From: Deltaproteobacteria bacterium
Lineage (GTDB): Bacteria; Myxococcota_A; Polyangia; Polyangiales; Houyiibacteriaceae
DNA length: 64,000 bases
Direction: 5' to 3'
NCBI GenBank assembly: GCA_034670305.1
Contig: JAXMNT010000020.1
Span: 32,001 to 96,000 of the forward strand
Made by a program: the position numbers and the translations under genes. Shown here piece after piece: positions 23,901 through 34,292 of the stretch; position 1 is the stretch's first letter; every line of letters starts with the position of its first letter. The notes beneath the pieces are model-generated. The model saw nothing but the letters and a program-made list of their open reading frames with translations. It searched no databases and was not told the DNA's origin.

Positions 23901-25028
23901 CCGCTCCTCACCTGCGACATCGTGCAGTCGACCCTCCGCGACGGGGTGGCGCGGCAGTCCGCGTACGGCTTCGCGGTCTTCGGCATGGTCATGAACGCGG
24001 CCGGGCTGATCGACGTCTCCTACGAGAACGGGAAGATCGCCATGGCACTGCTGGAACGCAGCCCCGATCGGTCGATGATGGCGAAGACCCAGCACATCGT
24101 GCGGGCGCACCTGAACCCCTTCGTCGAACCAATCACCGAGGTCGTGGAACACGAGCGGGCGGTGTTTCAGCTCGGCATGGACACCGGCGACCTCGAGTAC
24201 GCGGCCTGGGCACTGCACAACATCGTTGCGTACGGGTTCTACTCGGGCATGCCGCTCGAGGAGTTGCGGCAGGTGGACGAGCGGAGCCGCACGATCCTCG
24301 AGCGCCACAAACAACTTCCGGCGCTCGCCTGCACCAAGCCGTACAGCCAGACCATCACGAACCTCGGTGGCGATGGCACCGTCGCGCAGTCCACCCAGCT
24401 GCGCGGTCTGCACTACGACGAGACCGAGCACATGGCCGAGTTGGTCTCGCTCGGCTTCCGAGGCGCGGCCTACATCTTGACGGTCGCCCGCACCTTCATC
24501 CGCTTCGTCTTTCGAGACATCGAGGGGGCGCTTCGGGCCGCCGACTCCGGCGCCGAGTACGCGGATGGTGCGATCGCCACCTACCACGCGGTGTGGTGGA
24601 ACCAGTACCGAGCCTTGTCCGCCCTCGGGACGCTCGAAACCGCCAAAGAAGACGACCTCTTGATCGTCTCGGCGAAGGCCAACCTCGCAGCGCTCGAGAA
24701 GTGGTGCGCCTTCTCTCCGATCAACCACACCCATCGGGTCGCACTGGTGCAGGCCGAACTCGCACGCGCGCTCGGACAAGACACCGAGGCGGTCGGTCAC
24801 TACGAGGTCGCCATTCGCCACGCCGCCGAGGCCGGCTTCTTACACGAAGAAGCCCTGGCCAACGAACTCGCGGGACGCTTCTTCGTGTCTCGAGACAGCC
24901 GGACACAGGCGCGCGCGTTCCTGACCGAAGCACTCGACGCGTACGCCGAGTGGGGCGCCGCCGCCAAAGCCGAGCACCTCGAGATCGAGTTCACCGAAGC
25001 ACTGCGCCGCCGCCGCCGCGGCAGCTGA
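20988..25028 (+). CDS. Ser/Thr protein kinase fused to AAA ATPase and helical repeat region
   Basis: GSGGMA, VAVK, HRDIKPHN, DFG, GTPAYMAPEQ; GYAGVGKT, DDLQWAD, KTQGNPFF, FAHDRIQ. Confidence 0.93.
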   Translation: MADPEQPDETKLERTKPSSIDRAKRSEAERAVPEEEAGPDATVDQPRIPPGKQQPGMLVSERVRLDRPLGSGGMADVWVAEHLTLGTSVAVKFLRATHDESLRDRFTREAQLAARIDHPHAVRVFDHGVTSDGTPYMVMEYVEGESLAQRIRRMGALPPAEVGRLVDQVGQVLRDAHERGIIHRDIKPHNIMVLEREPLYCKVLDFGLAKTLTEDETLTQAGWVLGTPAYMAPEQLVDAKPPTKKSDAWGLSIVAYEALVGHRPFRGHHQAALGLGMLVQRFDPVSQARPGLPEALDEWFLKALAVDPDHRFPTVEALTRTFLAALEDASDQPRSRLGADGRIRIPNRLYGRATEIQTVSDAYARVAAGESRLVLFEGYAGVGKTALAEEARRLCAAQGAIFVDGKFDQFNRGAPYESLLQALGKLVRYIGTQSHSSLEGWQARLREALGEVGHVLTDLIPELEDIIGRQSELLETSPAEARNRFQNAVARLMRGVATAERPLVLFMDDLQWADLPTIDLLGSLALSPDEHPHVLVLGAYRSNEVKEGHPLDSCIAGLRQADAALDEVSLGPLGEDAVLELLTDALGSVPGRVRLAVLCHEKTQGNPFFLKRFLEALHEERLLEFDESRDAWTWQQSRIHSRPVGEDVVAFIAAEMGRLPESAREALALAACIGGQFDLGTLSHLMKIDRRRTLECLRPVLAADFILPASDEVFSATEDVGPRRVAFRFAHDRIQQAAHSLFSTDRAAEVHLAVAHFLLEHLDESEREARLFELVEHLNQSADIRPALVGDTPQLRSLNLTAARRATRSAAFEPAGAYYEKARALVDSEHWESDYEQALAIHVEGARAAYFNGDRERMNELVDAAVAHARTTLDAVEAREVKIHALIAEQRFDEAVSLALEVLGQLGIDLPRTPGPDDVGAVVGATIGALQATSAEKISALPDASDPTVVAAQRIKQGVMSAAYLTAPNLLPLLTCDIVQSTLRDGVARQSAYGFAVFGMVMNAAGLIDVSYENGKIAMALLERSPDRSMMAKTQHIVRAHLNPFVEPITEVVEHERAVFQLGMDTGDLEYAAWALHNIVAYGFYSGMPLEELRQVDERSRTILERHKQLPALACTKPYSQTITNLGGDGTVAQSTQLRGLHYDETEHMAELVSLGFRGAAYILTVARTFIRFVFRDIEGALRAADSGAEYADGAIATYHAVWWNQYRALSALGTLETAKEDDLLIVSAKANLAALEKWCAFSPINHTHRVALVQAELARALGQDTEAVGHYEVAIRHAAEAGFLHEEALANELAGRFFVSRDSRTQARAFLTEALDAYAEWGAAAKAEHLEIEFTEALRRRRRGS

Positions 25029-25029
25029 A

Positions 25030-25075
25030 GGTCCGGAACTTCCGGACCCGTGCGGGACGGGTTCGCGGGTACCCT
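25030..25075 (+). promoter_or_regulatory. 9-1-9 palindrome and TACCCT -10 box upstream of lipoxygenase 1
   Basis: GGTCCGGAA-C-TTCCGGACC at 25030-25048; TACCCT at 25070-25075, 6 nt before ATG. Confidence 0.55.
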
Positions 25076-25081
25076 CTGCGG

Positions 25082-26827
25082 ATGAAAACGGCGCTTCCCC
25101 AGAACGACTCCAACGCGGCCGCGCGCAGCGACCGACTTGCGAAGAAACAGCAGACCTATCGATTCGCGTACGACTGGCCGCCCGAGGTCGCCACGTCGGC
25201 GGAGCTGCCGAAGGCCGACAACTACGGCGCGCTCTACATCCTCGAGTCCCTCAAGACCTACGCCGCGGTGGGCGTCAACATCGCCGCGATGGCGATCAAG
25301 GGCAACGAAGCGAAGAACCTCATCTCGCTCCTCGAAGCGCGCTTTCGCGACGCGGGGGCCGATGAGTTGCACAAGCTGATCTTCACCACCCCGAAGATGG
25401 TCTCGGAGTCGTTGCCTGCGCGCTGGCCCACCTCCTGGCGAGAGTACGAAGCGTTCTTCGCCACCTGGCCCACGCCTCCGATCGTCGGCTTCTACGAGGA
25501 CCCCGACCCCACCCGCCTCAACCGCGCCTTTGCGTGGCAGCGGGTGGCGGGCGCCAACCCGATGGTGCTCGAACGCTGCGACGCGGTGCCTCCGCACCTG
25601 GCGGTCGACGACGCCATGTACACCCGCGTGATGAAGGGCGATTCGATCGCGGCCGCCATCGCGGAGGAGCGGCTCTACCTCGCGGACTACGTCGCGCTCG
25701 AAGGCATTCCCACCGGCACCAAAGAGGACTTGCCCAGGTACCTGTGTGCACCGATGGCGCTCTTCGCAGTCGAGCCCATCACCAAGTCGCTCTACCCCGT
25801 CGCCATCCAACTCGGGCAGACCCCGGACGCCGCCTGTTTCACCCCCAACGACGGCTGGCACTGGCGCATGGCGATGCAGTTCGTGCAGATCGCGGACGCG
25901 AACGTACACGAAGGCATCTACCACCTCGGCCGGACCCACATGGTCATGGAAGCGGTGAAGCTGTGCATGGAACGACAGCTCGACGACGGCCATCCGCTGC
26001 ACCGGCTCCTGGTCGCGCACGTGGAGACAACCCTCGCGATCAACCACTCCGCCAAGACCTCGCTCATCGCGCCGGGCGGCACCGTCGACCAGTGTTTCGC
26101 GCCCACGATCGAAGCGTTCGCGGGCGTCGTGAAGAAGTCGCTCGACACCTACCCGATCGCGACCGCGACGCCGGAGCACGATCTGCAAGCGCGCGGCCTG
26201 ACCAACACCGAAGTCCTCGAACACCCCTACCGGGACGACGTCCGGATCGTGCACGCCGCGGTCGAGGCCTTCGTCTCCGAGTACATCGACCTCTACTACG
26301 CGACCGACGCCGATGTCTCGGGCGACGCGGAGCTCCAAGCATTCGTGCGTGAGCTCGGCGCAACCGACGGCGGCCGGCTGGTCGGCATGCCGACGGTCCA
26401 GACCGTCGCCGACGTGGAGTCGCTCATCACCAAGTTCGTCTTCATCGCGGGTCCCGGCCACTCGGCCGTCAACTTCGCGCAGTTCCCCTTCATGGGCTTC
26501 GTGTCGAACATGGTGGGCTCGGCGTTCCAGCCGGTGCCCACGGCGGACACCCCGAACGAAGAGGCGGAACTGACCAAACTCCTGCCGCCGCTGCGCATCG
26601 CGATGGAGGGCGTGACGATGGTCTACTTCCTTTCGAACATGCGCCCCTCGAAGCTCGGGCACTACGCGCCCTTCCACTTCCGCGACCACAAGGTGAACAA
26701 GGTGGTGCACACGTTCCAGAAGGCGCTCGAGCGGGTCGAGGCGACCATCGACGAACGCGACCCGCGGCGCCTGATCTCCTATCCCTTCTTGAAGCCCTCG
26801 CTCATCCTCCAGTCCATCGCCATCTAG
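25082..26827 (+). CDS. Lipoxygenase 1 (581 aa)
   Basis: QRVAGANP, PVAIQL, HEGIYHLGRTH, HSAVNF, C-terminal QSIAI. Confidence 0.93.
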   Translation: MKTALPQNDSNAAARSDRLAKKQQTYRFAYDWPPEVATSAELPKADNYGALYILESLKTYAAVGVNIAAMAIKGNEAKNLISLLEARFRDAGADELHKLIFTTPKMVSESLPARWPTSWREYEAFFATWPTPPIVGFYEDPDPTRLNRAFAWQRVAGANPMVLERCDAVPPHLAVDDAMYTRVMKGDSIAAAIAEERLYLADYVALEGIPTGTKEDLPRYLCAPMALFAVEPITKSLYPVAIQLGQTPDAACFTPNDGWHWRMAMQFVQIADANVHEGIYHLGRTHMVMEAVKLCMERQLDDGHPLHRLLVAHVETTLAINHSAKTSLIAPGGTVDQCFAPTIEAFAGVVKKSLDTYPIATATPEHDLQARGLTNTEVLEHPYRDDVRIVHAAVEAFVSEYIDLYYATDADVSGDAELQAFVRELGATDGGRLVGMPTVQTVADVESLITKFVFIAGPGHSAVNFAQFPFMGFVSNMVGSAFQPVPTADTPNEEAELTKLLPPLRIAMEGVTMVYFLSNMRPSKLGHYAPFHFRDHKVNKVVHTFQKALERVEATIDERDPRRLISYPFLKPSLILQSIAI

Positions 26828-26917
26828 CGGCAGCCGACGCGCACGTCGTCACGACGCGCCGCCGGCACTGCTTCCGACATCCTCACGCGGCATCGCGCCG
26901 CATCGAAGAGAGAGCCC

Positions 26918-28663
26918 ATGACCAGCCCGACCCTTCCGCAGAACGACCCCGCCATCGACGAGCGGAAGGCCCAGCTGGCCAATGCCCGCGTGTCGTACCA
27001 GTTCGACTTCAGCTACCAGGAGATCGTCTCCGCGAAAAAGGTGCCGCTGCGGGAGAAGTCCGATCCGCACTACTGGCTCGCCCTCGCGGAGGTCACCGGC
27101 GAACTCAAAGCCAACCAACTCGCGAGCCGGTCGCTCGAAGAGAACGTCGACGCGATCGGTGAGAAGTTCGTGCAGGGTCTGGCGGATGCCTTCGCGAAAC
27201 TCGCGCCCGGTGAGATCGCAGAGCGGCTGAAGAAGGAGACGCGCGCCTCCCCTCCGCCCGAGACCGACCGGAGCCCCGAGAGCTACGACAAGATGTACGC
27301 GCGGATCGCGCCGCCTTCGGTGTCCGCGCGCTGGGCAGAGGACGAGATCTTCGCGTGGCAGGCGCTCGCCGGCTGCAACCCGATCATGATCCACCGGTTC
27401 GCGGGCATGCCGCACTTCGGCGTGACCGCCGCCCACTTCGACAGCGCAATGAAAGCGCTGAAGGTCGAGGGCGCCGGGACCTACGAGAGCGCGCTGAAGG
27501 AGGGGCGGCTCTTCGTCGCCGACTACCAGATCCTCGACCACATCACGCCGGGGGCCTACGAAGGCGCGCCGAAGTTCATCTTCGCCCCGCTCGCACTCTA
27601 CGTGTCGCTCCCCGGCGGTCGGTTCCTGCCGGTCGCGATCCAGTGCGGACAGACCCCGGAAGCCGGCATCTTCACACCGGCCGATGGCATGAGCTGGCGC
27701 ATGGCCCGCACCGTCGTCACGAGCGCGGACGGAAACTTCCAAGGCATCATCTCGCACTTCGCTTGGTGCCACGAAGTGATGGAGTCGGTGATCCTCTCCA
27801 CCCACCGGCAGCTCGCGGACAACCACCCGCTCCACGTGCTGCTCTCGCCGCATTTCGCGAACACGATGATCACCAACGACATCGCGATGACCTCGCTCAT
27901 CGGACCGAACGGCAACATGGAGCGGTTGCAGAGCGGCACACTCGAGTCTTCGCTGGATCTCGCGAAGCGTTCGATCCGGGAGTTCCGCCTGCTCGACTCC
28001 GCCCCCGCGAAGGACTTCGCGGCGCGCGGCGTCGACGACACCGACGCGCTCGCGGCGTATCCGTTTCGAGACGACAGCCTGCGGTCCTGGGGACCGTTGC
28101 AAGCCTGGGTCCGCGGCTACCTCGAGCTCTATTACACTTCCGACGAACTGGTCGCGGGCGACCACGAACTCGCAGCCTGGGTGGACGAACTCGGAAGCCA
28201 CGAAGGCGGCCGACTGCTCGGACTCGAACGGCCGCAGACCTTTGACGCGCTCGTCGATTTCGTCGCGCAGATCATGTTCCGCTGCACCGTCTTCCACGCG
28301 GCGTTCAACTACACCTCGTACGACTTCTTCGCCTACGCCCCGAACGTCCAGGCCGCCGCGTTCGGACCCGGACCGACCGGCACCGACGCCGACACCGTCG
28401 AGACCCTTCAAGCGATGTGGCCTCCCTACCAGTCGGCGTACGAAGGCATGCACCTGTTCTACACGATCTTCAAAGTGCAGCTGAACCGGGTCGGGTACTA
28501 CCCCGACGGTCACTTCACCGACCCGCGCGTGGCGCCGCTCGAGACCGCCTTGAAGGCCGCGCTCGACGAAGCCGAAGCCGCGATCGCCAAGGACGACGAC
28601 AAGCGCATCCTCTCGTACCCGTACCTGATGCCGTCGCGGGTGAGCAACAGCATCCACGTCTGA
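26918..28663 (+). CDS. Lipoxygenase 2 (581 aa)
   Basis: [34 protein letters not shown]-terminal NSIHV. Confidence 0.92.
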   Translation: MTSPTLPQNDPAIDERKAQLANARVSYQFDFSYQEIVSAKKVPLREKSDPHYWLALAEVTGELKANQLASRSLEENVDAIGEKFVQGLADAFAKLAPGEIAERLKKETRASPPPETDRSPESYDKMYARIAPPSVSARWAEDEIFAWQALAGCNPIMIHRFAGMPHFGVTAAHFDSAMKALKVEGAGTYESALKEGRLFVADYQILDHITPGAYEGAPKFIFAPLALYVSLPGGRFLPVAIQCGQTPEAGIFTPADGMSWRMARTVVTSADGNFQGIISHFAWCHEVMESVILSTHRQLADNHPLHVLLSPHFANTMITNDIAMTSLIGPNGNMERLQSGTLESSLDLAKRSIREFRLLDSAPAKDFAARGVDDTDALAAYPFRDDSLRSWGPLQAWVRGYLELYYTSDELVAGDHELAAWVDELGSHEGGRLLGLERPQTFDALVDFVAQIMFRCTVFHAAFNYTSYDFFAYAPNVQAAAFGPGPTGTDADTVETLQAMWPPYQSAYEGMHLFYTIFKVQLNRVGYYPDGHFTDPRVAPLETALKAALDEAEAAIAKDDDKRILSYPYLMPSRVSNSIHV

Positions 28664-28688
28664 CGTAGGGAGTTCGGCGCCTGCCGGC

Positions 28689-28880
28689 GGCTTCGGCTTC
28701 GGCGTCGGCTTCGGCTTCGGCGTCGGCGTCGGCTTCGGCTTCGGCTTCGGCTTCGGTGTCGGCGTCGGCGTCGGCGTCGGCTTCGGCTTCAGCTTCGGCT
28801 TCGGCTTCGGCTTCGGGTTCGGCTTCGGTGTCGGCGTCGGCGTCGGCTTCGGCGTCGGCTTCGGCTTCCGCGTCGGCTTC
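28689..28880. repeat. Hexamer array (GGCTTC/GGCGTC), about 32 units
   Basis: Read directly; between convergent genes; same alphabet and orientation as 1198-1416. Confidence 0.95.
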
Positions 28881-28901
28881 CGCGGGCCTCGCCTCAGGCG
28901 C

Positions 28902-29993
28902 TCACGGCAGGGACACACCCGTCCACACCGCGAGCCCGAGGCGGCGCAGACGGACGAAGTTCATCATGTCCGTGTAGAGCGCGAGCGGCATCATGTGGTC
29001 GAGGTACGCGGTGTCCTCTCGGTAGGTCACCGTGGTGCCCGGCCGATCGAAGAACGTGGCGGCCCAGATGTTCAGAACCGCATCCACCTCGTGGGGGTAG
29101 AGCCGGTGTCCTTCGCTCGCGCGAAAGGGCGTGGCCGGGTCGCGCATCATCACGCACTCGTTGGCCCAGTCGGGCGCGGGGGGCGGCGCGGTGTCGACGA
29201 GGCGTGCCCTCAGTCGGTCTCGGGTGGCGGCCGCAAGCGCGCCCGGCGACTTCTGGTGCGACTCGAGTACGAAGCCCGCGCTTCGACCGGCGGGGATCGT
29301 CGGCGCGAAGATCACGTAGACGCGACCGCCTTCCCGGTGGGTCAGAAAAACATCGTGCACCGGATGGGTGCTGCGGTTGTGGAGCACCAGATGTCGACGA
29401 CCCGGGCGCCATTCGGGCCCGCGCTCGATCCGGATCGCGACCTGCTCCCGGGTGCTGCCTTCGTAGAAGACGAACCGTTCGCTCTCGCGTGCCCCGTTGA
29501 CCCAGAGCGCGTCGAAGCCGCGCAGCTCGTCCACCCAAGGCGTCGATGAGACATGGGGGGTGTGCGTGGCTTCGGGGTGGAGGTTCAGCCGCTCCCAGGT
29601 GAGCTGGGGCGCAGCGCCCGCACGTGGACGTAAGGTGTCGACCTGCGGATACCAGTGGCTCGCACGCCCTTGCCGGAAGCCCACCTCGATGCCGAGCGGG
29701 ACGGGTGAGGACATGCTGTTGCGCCCGTAGAAGTGCAGCACCGGCAGCGCACGTTGTCCGCTGTCGGCCGGAAGCGACCGGGCCGGCGGACCCGCCGCGT
29801 TGCCCCCACCGGCCCGTCGATGGAACCAGCCGGGCAAGTTGGCCGTCACCTGAGCGCCCGCGCCGTCGAACGCTTGCACGCCCCACTCATGGACATCGAG
29901 AGGGCTTGCGCACCAGGACTCGGCCTCGGCGTCGCTCGGGGGGGCGACCAGGAACAACAGAACGACCGTGAGCATCGAGAGACTGAAGCGCAT
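28902..29993 (-). CDS. Exported hypothetical protein
   Basis: Signal peptide; [22 protein letters not shown] blocks. Confidence 0.75.
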   Translation of the reverse strand: MRFSLSMLTVVLLFLVAPPSDAEAESWCASPLDVHEWGVQAFDGAGAQVTANLPGWFHRRAGGGNAAGPPARSLPADSGQRALPVLHFYGRNSMSSPVPLGIEVGFRQGRASHWYPQVDTLRPRAGAAPQLTWERLNLHPEATHTPHVSSTPWVDELRGFDALWVNGARESERFVFYEGSTREQVAIRIERGPEWRPGRRHLVLHNRSTHPVHDVFLTHREGGRVYVIFAPTIPAGRSAGFVLESHQKSPGALAAATRDRLRARLVDTAPPPAPDWANECVMMRDPATPFRASEGHRLYPHEVDAVLNIWAATFFDRPGTTVTYREDTAYLDHMMPLALYTDMMNFVRLRRLGLAVWTGVSLP

Positions 29994-30116
29994 CGTGCTC
30001 GGTTATACGTGTGTGGGCCCGGGAAGTTCTCAGGCGATCGACGCGTTGCCCTTCTGTCTGCGATCAGTTATGTCGGTCGGCCCGGCACTCTCGCTGGGCC
30101 CTACCCCGACCAAAAC

Positions 30117-30392
30117 ATGTACCGCTGCGAACTCTGCAAGGCCGTTCAGGCCCCGCGCACCCCGTGTATCCGCGTGACCGTGGAAACCCGACCGACCGAA
30201 TACCCGAGCCGTCCCAAAGCGCACAAAATGCGTGTGGGCCGCAAGATGAAGACGTTCGACGACTCCGGCGGGGCTGGCTACGAGATCGCCAAAGAAGCGA
30301 AAGCATGCCCGAAGTGCGCGGAAGAGTTCGTCGCGAAGCAGAAAGCCGCCGAAGCCGCGGGCATCTACGACGACGAAGTCGCCAGCGCCTGA
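30117..30392 (+). CDS. Small basic zinc-ribbon-like protein (91 aa)
   Basis: MYRCELC ... ACPKC; strong GC3 bias. Confidence 0.75.
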   Translation: MYRCELCKAVQAPRTPCIRVTVETRPTEYPSRPKAHKMRVGRKMKTFDDSGGAGYEIAKEAKACPKCAEEFVAKQKAAEAAGIYDDEVASA

Positions 30393-30751
30393 CGCACTTC
30401 CGCTGATCATCCCAACGCCCCACCCGCGCCGAGTCGATCGTCGCGGCTTGGGGCGTTCGTCGTCTGGGTGAGCGCTGGCTCGATCTCGAGCACCGTTTCA
30501 CCCCTCGGGTTGGAGGGTGCGCCGCCGCCCGCAGCGCAGTCTGCTCCCCGACTCCGATTCTCATCAGCCACAAGGTGCTGATATTGCACAGCTTTCCCCG
30601 AAAGCAGCGAGCCGCATGTCTCAAGGTCCATTTGACAGCAGGTGGCCTCGCGCTCTAGGTGGGCTCGTCCATCACCCGTGAAGCGGGGTTCCGCCAGTTG
30701 GCACAGACGCCTGTCTCGCCCTGCTGAACCACCGAAAACTCAGAGGAATTC

Positions 30752-33751
30752 GTGTCGCGAACGCTCGTCATCGTAGAGAGCCCTGCCAAGGCCAAGACCA
30801 TCGGGAAGTACCTCGGAAAGGACTTCGTGGTGGAGTCGTCCGTCGGGCACATCCGGGATCTCGCCGTCCCGAAGCAGCTCTCGAAAGAGCAGCGCAAGAA
30901 GAACGTGTACATCGACGGCTACGCGGTTGACGTCGAGAACGATTTCCTGCCCATCTACGTGGTCGACGCCCGCAAGAAGTCGACCGTCGCCGAACTGAAG
31001 AAGATCCTGAAGGGTTCGGACGAACTCCTGCTCGCGACAGATGAAGACCGCGAAGGAGAGAGCATCGCCTGGCACCTCGTCGAGGTGCTCAAGCCCAAAG
31101 TGCCCGTGAAGCGCATGGTGTTTCACGAGATCACGAAGAAGGCGATCCTCGAGGCGGTCGGCAAGCCCCGCGAGATCGACCAGAACCTCGTCGACGCGCA
31201 GGAAGCCCGCCGAATCCTCGACCGGCTCTACGGCTTCGCGATGAGCAAGATGACGTGGCGCCGCACCAAAGGCCGCTCCGCGGGCCGGGTGCAGAGTGTC
31301 GCCACCCGCATCGTCGTGGAGCGGGAACGCGAGCGCATGGCGTTCCGCCGCGCGAGCTACTGGGACGTCGACGGCGAGTTCGCGGCGTCCGACGCGAAGT
31401 TCCCGGGCCACCTGCTGGAGATCGACGGCAAGCGGGTCGTCAGCGGCAAGGACTTCGGCGACGACGGCAAGTTGAAGAAGACGACGGTCGCACATCTCGA
31501 CGAGACCGCGGCCCGAAAGCTGGTGCAGGACCTCGGACAAGCCACCTTCGAAGTGGCCCAGGTGCAGAAGAAGCCGACCACCCGTCGACCCTCCCCGCCC
31601 TTCATGACGTCGACGCTTCAGCAGGAAGCGAGCCGCAAGCTCGGCTGGGGTGCGCAGACGACGATGCGGGTCGCGCAGTCCCTCTACGAAAACGGTTTCA
31701 TCACCTACATGCGTACGGACTCCACGACGCTGTCGCAGACGGCGCTCGACGCCGCGCGCACGCAGATCGCGGAACTCTACGGCAAAGACGAGGTGCCCGC
31801 GGCGCCCCGTCAGTACAACCGCTCCGTCAAGAACGCCCAAGAGGCCCATGAGGCCATCCGCCCCGCCGGCGACTCGTTCCGCACCCCGGACGACGTCGCG
31901 CGCGGTCTCGGCAAGAACGAATCCCGCCTGTACGAGCTCATCTGGAAGCGAACCGTCGCCTCGCAGATGAACGACGCCAAGGGCGAACAGGTCAGCGTGC
32001 GCATCCTGGCGAAGACGCCCGGTGGGCAGGAAGCCATGTTCTCGGCCAGCGGACTCACCTGGACCGCGCCCGGCTTCTTCAAGGCCTACGTCGAAGGCAG
32101 CGACGACCCGGAGGCCGAGCTCGAGAGCAAGGAACGCACGTTGCCGCCGCTCGCTCAGGGACAGAAGCTGGGCGGCGGTCCGTTCGAGGCCAAGGGCCAC
32201 GAGACCCAGCCGCCCGCGCGCTTCACAGAAGCCACGCTGGTCAAGAAGCTCGAAGAGCTCGGGGTCGGCCGGCCGTCCACCTACGCGTCCATCATCACGG
32301 TGATCCAGAACCGCGGCTATGTCTGGAAGAAGGGCCGCGCGCTCATCCCCAGCTTCACCGCGTTCGTCGTGGTTCGACTGATGGAAGATCACTTCGCGGA
32401 CCTGGTCGACTACCAGTTCACCGCGCGGATGGAGGACGATCTCGACGCGATCGCGAGCGGCGCCGCTGGCCGCAACGAGTACCTGCGCAAGTTCTTCCTG
32501 GGCGACGACACCAGCGACTCCGACGCCAAGAAGGGCCTCGAAGTCCGGGTGAAGCAGAAGCTCGAGGACATCGACCTCGACGAGACCAAACGCCTCGAGA
32601 CGATCCCGCTCGGCAAAGCCGACGACGGCCGCGAGTTCGTGGTCCGCATCGGTCAGTACGGCCCCTACCTCCAGGTCGTCGGCGAAGAAGGCGCGACCGC
32701 GAGCGTGCCGGACGACATGGCGCCGGACGAGCTCACCATCGAGAAGGCCATCGAGCTCTTCGAGGCGCCGAGTGGCGACCGCGAGCTCGGCACCGATCCA
32801 GACACGGGCAAGAAGGTGCTGCTGCGCGCCGGGCGCTTCGGGCTCTACGTGCAGCTCGGCGAAGGCGGCAAAGACAAAGAGAAGCCTGCGACCGCGAGCC
32901 TCTTCAAGTCCATGGACCCCGAGACCGTCACGCTCGAGGAAGCACTCAAGCTGCTCTCCTTGCCGCGCACCGTGGGTGTCGCGGAAGACGGCGTGGAGAT
33001 CCAGGCCCGCAACGGCCGCTTCGGTCCGTTCGTGACCAAGGGCACCGACAACCGGAACCTCGAATCCGAAGAAGCGATCTTCACCGTGACGCTCGAGCAG
33101 GCGCTCGAACTCTTCAAGCAGCCGAAGCGCCGCCGCGGTCAGAAAGAGACCCCGGTCCTCAAGGAGCTGGGGACCGATCCGGTCAGCGAAGGCAAGATCG
33201 TCCTCAAGGAAGGCCGCTGGGGCCCCTACGTGACCGACGGCGAGACCAACGCGTCCCTACGCCGCGGCGACACGATCGAAGAGATCACCCCGGAGCGCGC
33301 GCACGAGCTCTTGGCGTTGCGCCGCGAACGCGAGGCGAACTCACCGAAGAAGCCGAAGAAGAAGGCCGCCAAGAAGAAGGCCGCCAAGAAGAAGAAGCCG
33401 GCCAAACAGCTCGACACCGCGCTCGTCGCAGCCGCCGAGAAAGCGGTCGCCGGCAAGGGTGACGGCCGCATCGGACTCGACGACGCGAAGATGCTGCTCG
33501 GTCTGGTCAAAGACGGCGGCAAGTACACCGACATCGAGAAACACACCGTCTCGCACCTGCGCAAGATGACGTGGACCGACGAAGCCGATAAGTGGTTCCG
33601 CTCCGAGATCCGCAAGTGGACCACCTCCATGGGCCGCGCCGCGAAGACCACGAAGAAGGCGACCAAGAAGAAGGCCGCCAAGAAGAAGACGGCCAAGAAG
33701 AAGACGGCCAAGAAGAAGGCGGCCAAGAAGAAGGCGGCCAAGAAGGCCTGA
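30752..33751 (+). CDS. topA: DNA topoisomerase I (type IA) with C-terminal repeats and Lys/Ala-rich tail
   Basis: [51 protein letters not shown]-like repeats. Confidence 0.97.
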   Translation: MSRTLVIVESPAKAKTIGKYLGKDFVVESSVGHIRDLAVPKQLSKEQRKKNVYIDGYAVDVENDFLPIYVVDARKKSTVAELKKILKGSDELLLATDEDREGESIAWHLVEVLKPKVPVKRMVFHEITKKAILEAVGKPREIDQNLVDAQEARRILDRLYGFAMSKMTWRRTKGRSAGRVQSVATRIVVERERERMAFRRASYWDVDGEFAASDAKFPGHLLEIDGKRVVSGKDFGDDGKLKKTTVAHLDETAARKLVQDLGQATFEVAQVQKKPTTRRPSPPFMTSTLQQEASRKLGWGAQTTMRVAQSLYENGFITYMRTDSTTLSQTALDAARTQIAELYGKDEVPAAPRQYNRSVKNAQEAHEAIRPAGDSFRTPDDVARGLGKNESRLYELIWKRTVASQMNDAKGEQVSVRILAKTPGGQEAMFSASGLTWTAPGFFKAYVEGSDDPEAELESKERTLPPLAQGQKLGGGPFEAKGHETQPPARFTEATLVKKLEELGVGRPSTYASIITVIQNRGYVWKKGRALIPSFTAFVVVRLMEDHFADLVDYQFTARMEDDLDAIASGAAGRNEYLRKFFLGDDTSDSDAKKGLEVRVKQKLEDIDLDETKRLETIPLGKADDGREFVVRIGQYGPYLQVVGEEGATASVPDDMAPDELTIEKAIELFEAPSGDRELGTDPDTGKKVLLRAGRFGLYVQLGEGGKDKEKPATASLFKSMDPETVTLEEALKLLSLPRTVGVAEDGVEIQARNGRFGPFVTKGTDNRNLESEEAIFTVTLEQALELFKQPKRRRGQKETPVLKELGTDPVSEGKIVLKEGRWGPYVTDGETNASLRRGDTIEEITPERAHELLALRREREANSPKKPKKKAAKKKAAKKKKPAKQLDTALVAAAEKAVAGKGDGRIGLDDAKMLLGLVKDGGKYTDIEKHTVSHLRKMTWTDEADKWFRSEIRKWTTSMGRAAKTTKKATKKKAAKKKTAKKKTAKKKAAKKKAAKKA

Positions 33752-33819
33752 CTCGGGTCCCAGCCGCTGCGGGTCAAGAAGGTTGATCCGTCCAGGCGTC
33801 TGAGTCGTATAGTCCGATC

Positions 33820-34209
33820 GTGACCTCCCCTGCCTACCGCCGGACCGACGCCGCCTTTGGGCTGCTGTTGTGGATCCTGGGCGGGGAGTTTCTTCCTTTG
33901 GCGCATCTGGTGATGCACGAGGACCTGGGCGAGCACACCCACGACGCGCACGAACGCGCGCACGAACAGGGACGCGCCCACCCCCACCCCGAGCCGGAAG
34001 ACGACAGCGACCCATCGACCGGGCCGTCTTCCCAGGCGCACGGCGAGGGCAGCTTTGCCCATCACGACGAGATGATGGCGCAAGGCGCGCTGGCACCGCC
34101 GCTGGTCCCACCGACCCGCCTGGGCGTGCCGCCGGCGCTCCCGTCGCCGTGGACGCCCGCCGGCCGGACCTTGGTCCGGACCGCCAACGCGCGCGCTCCT
34201 CCGGTCTGA
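33820..34209 (+). CDS. His-rich exported/membrane peptide ending in RAPP (DUF2946/CruR-like upstream ORF)
   Basis: Hydrophobic N-terminus, His-rich middle, Pro-rich tail ...NARAPPV*; TATAGT 6 nt before GTG. Confidence 0.75.
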   Translation: MTSPAYRRTDAAFGLLLWILGGEFLPLAHLVMHEDLGEHTHDAHERAHEQGRAHPHPEPEDDSDPSTGPSSQAHGEGSFAHHDEMMAQGALAPPLVPPTRLGVPPALPSPWTPAGRTLVRTANARAPPV

Positions 34210-34241
34210 ACGACCTCCGAAACCATCGTTCGTGAGCGACC

Positions 34242-34292
34242 CAGGTCTTGAGATCAGGTCTTGAGATCCGTCTGAGATCTCTGCCTGAGATC
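34242..34292. repeat. Four TGAGATC direct repeats including an exact 13-bp duplication
   Basis: TGAGATC at 34249, 34262, 34273, 34286; CAGGTCTTGAGAT twice. Confidence 0.8.

Noticed and set aside
23000-25081. Apparent long N-terminal extension on lipoxygenase 1
   Set aside because: Off-frame overlap of the kinase gene; the paralog and a -10 box place the start at 25082.
33640-33751. 15-bp Lys-codon repeats as a DNA element
   Set aside because: Explained by the KKKAA protein tail of TopA.
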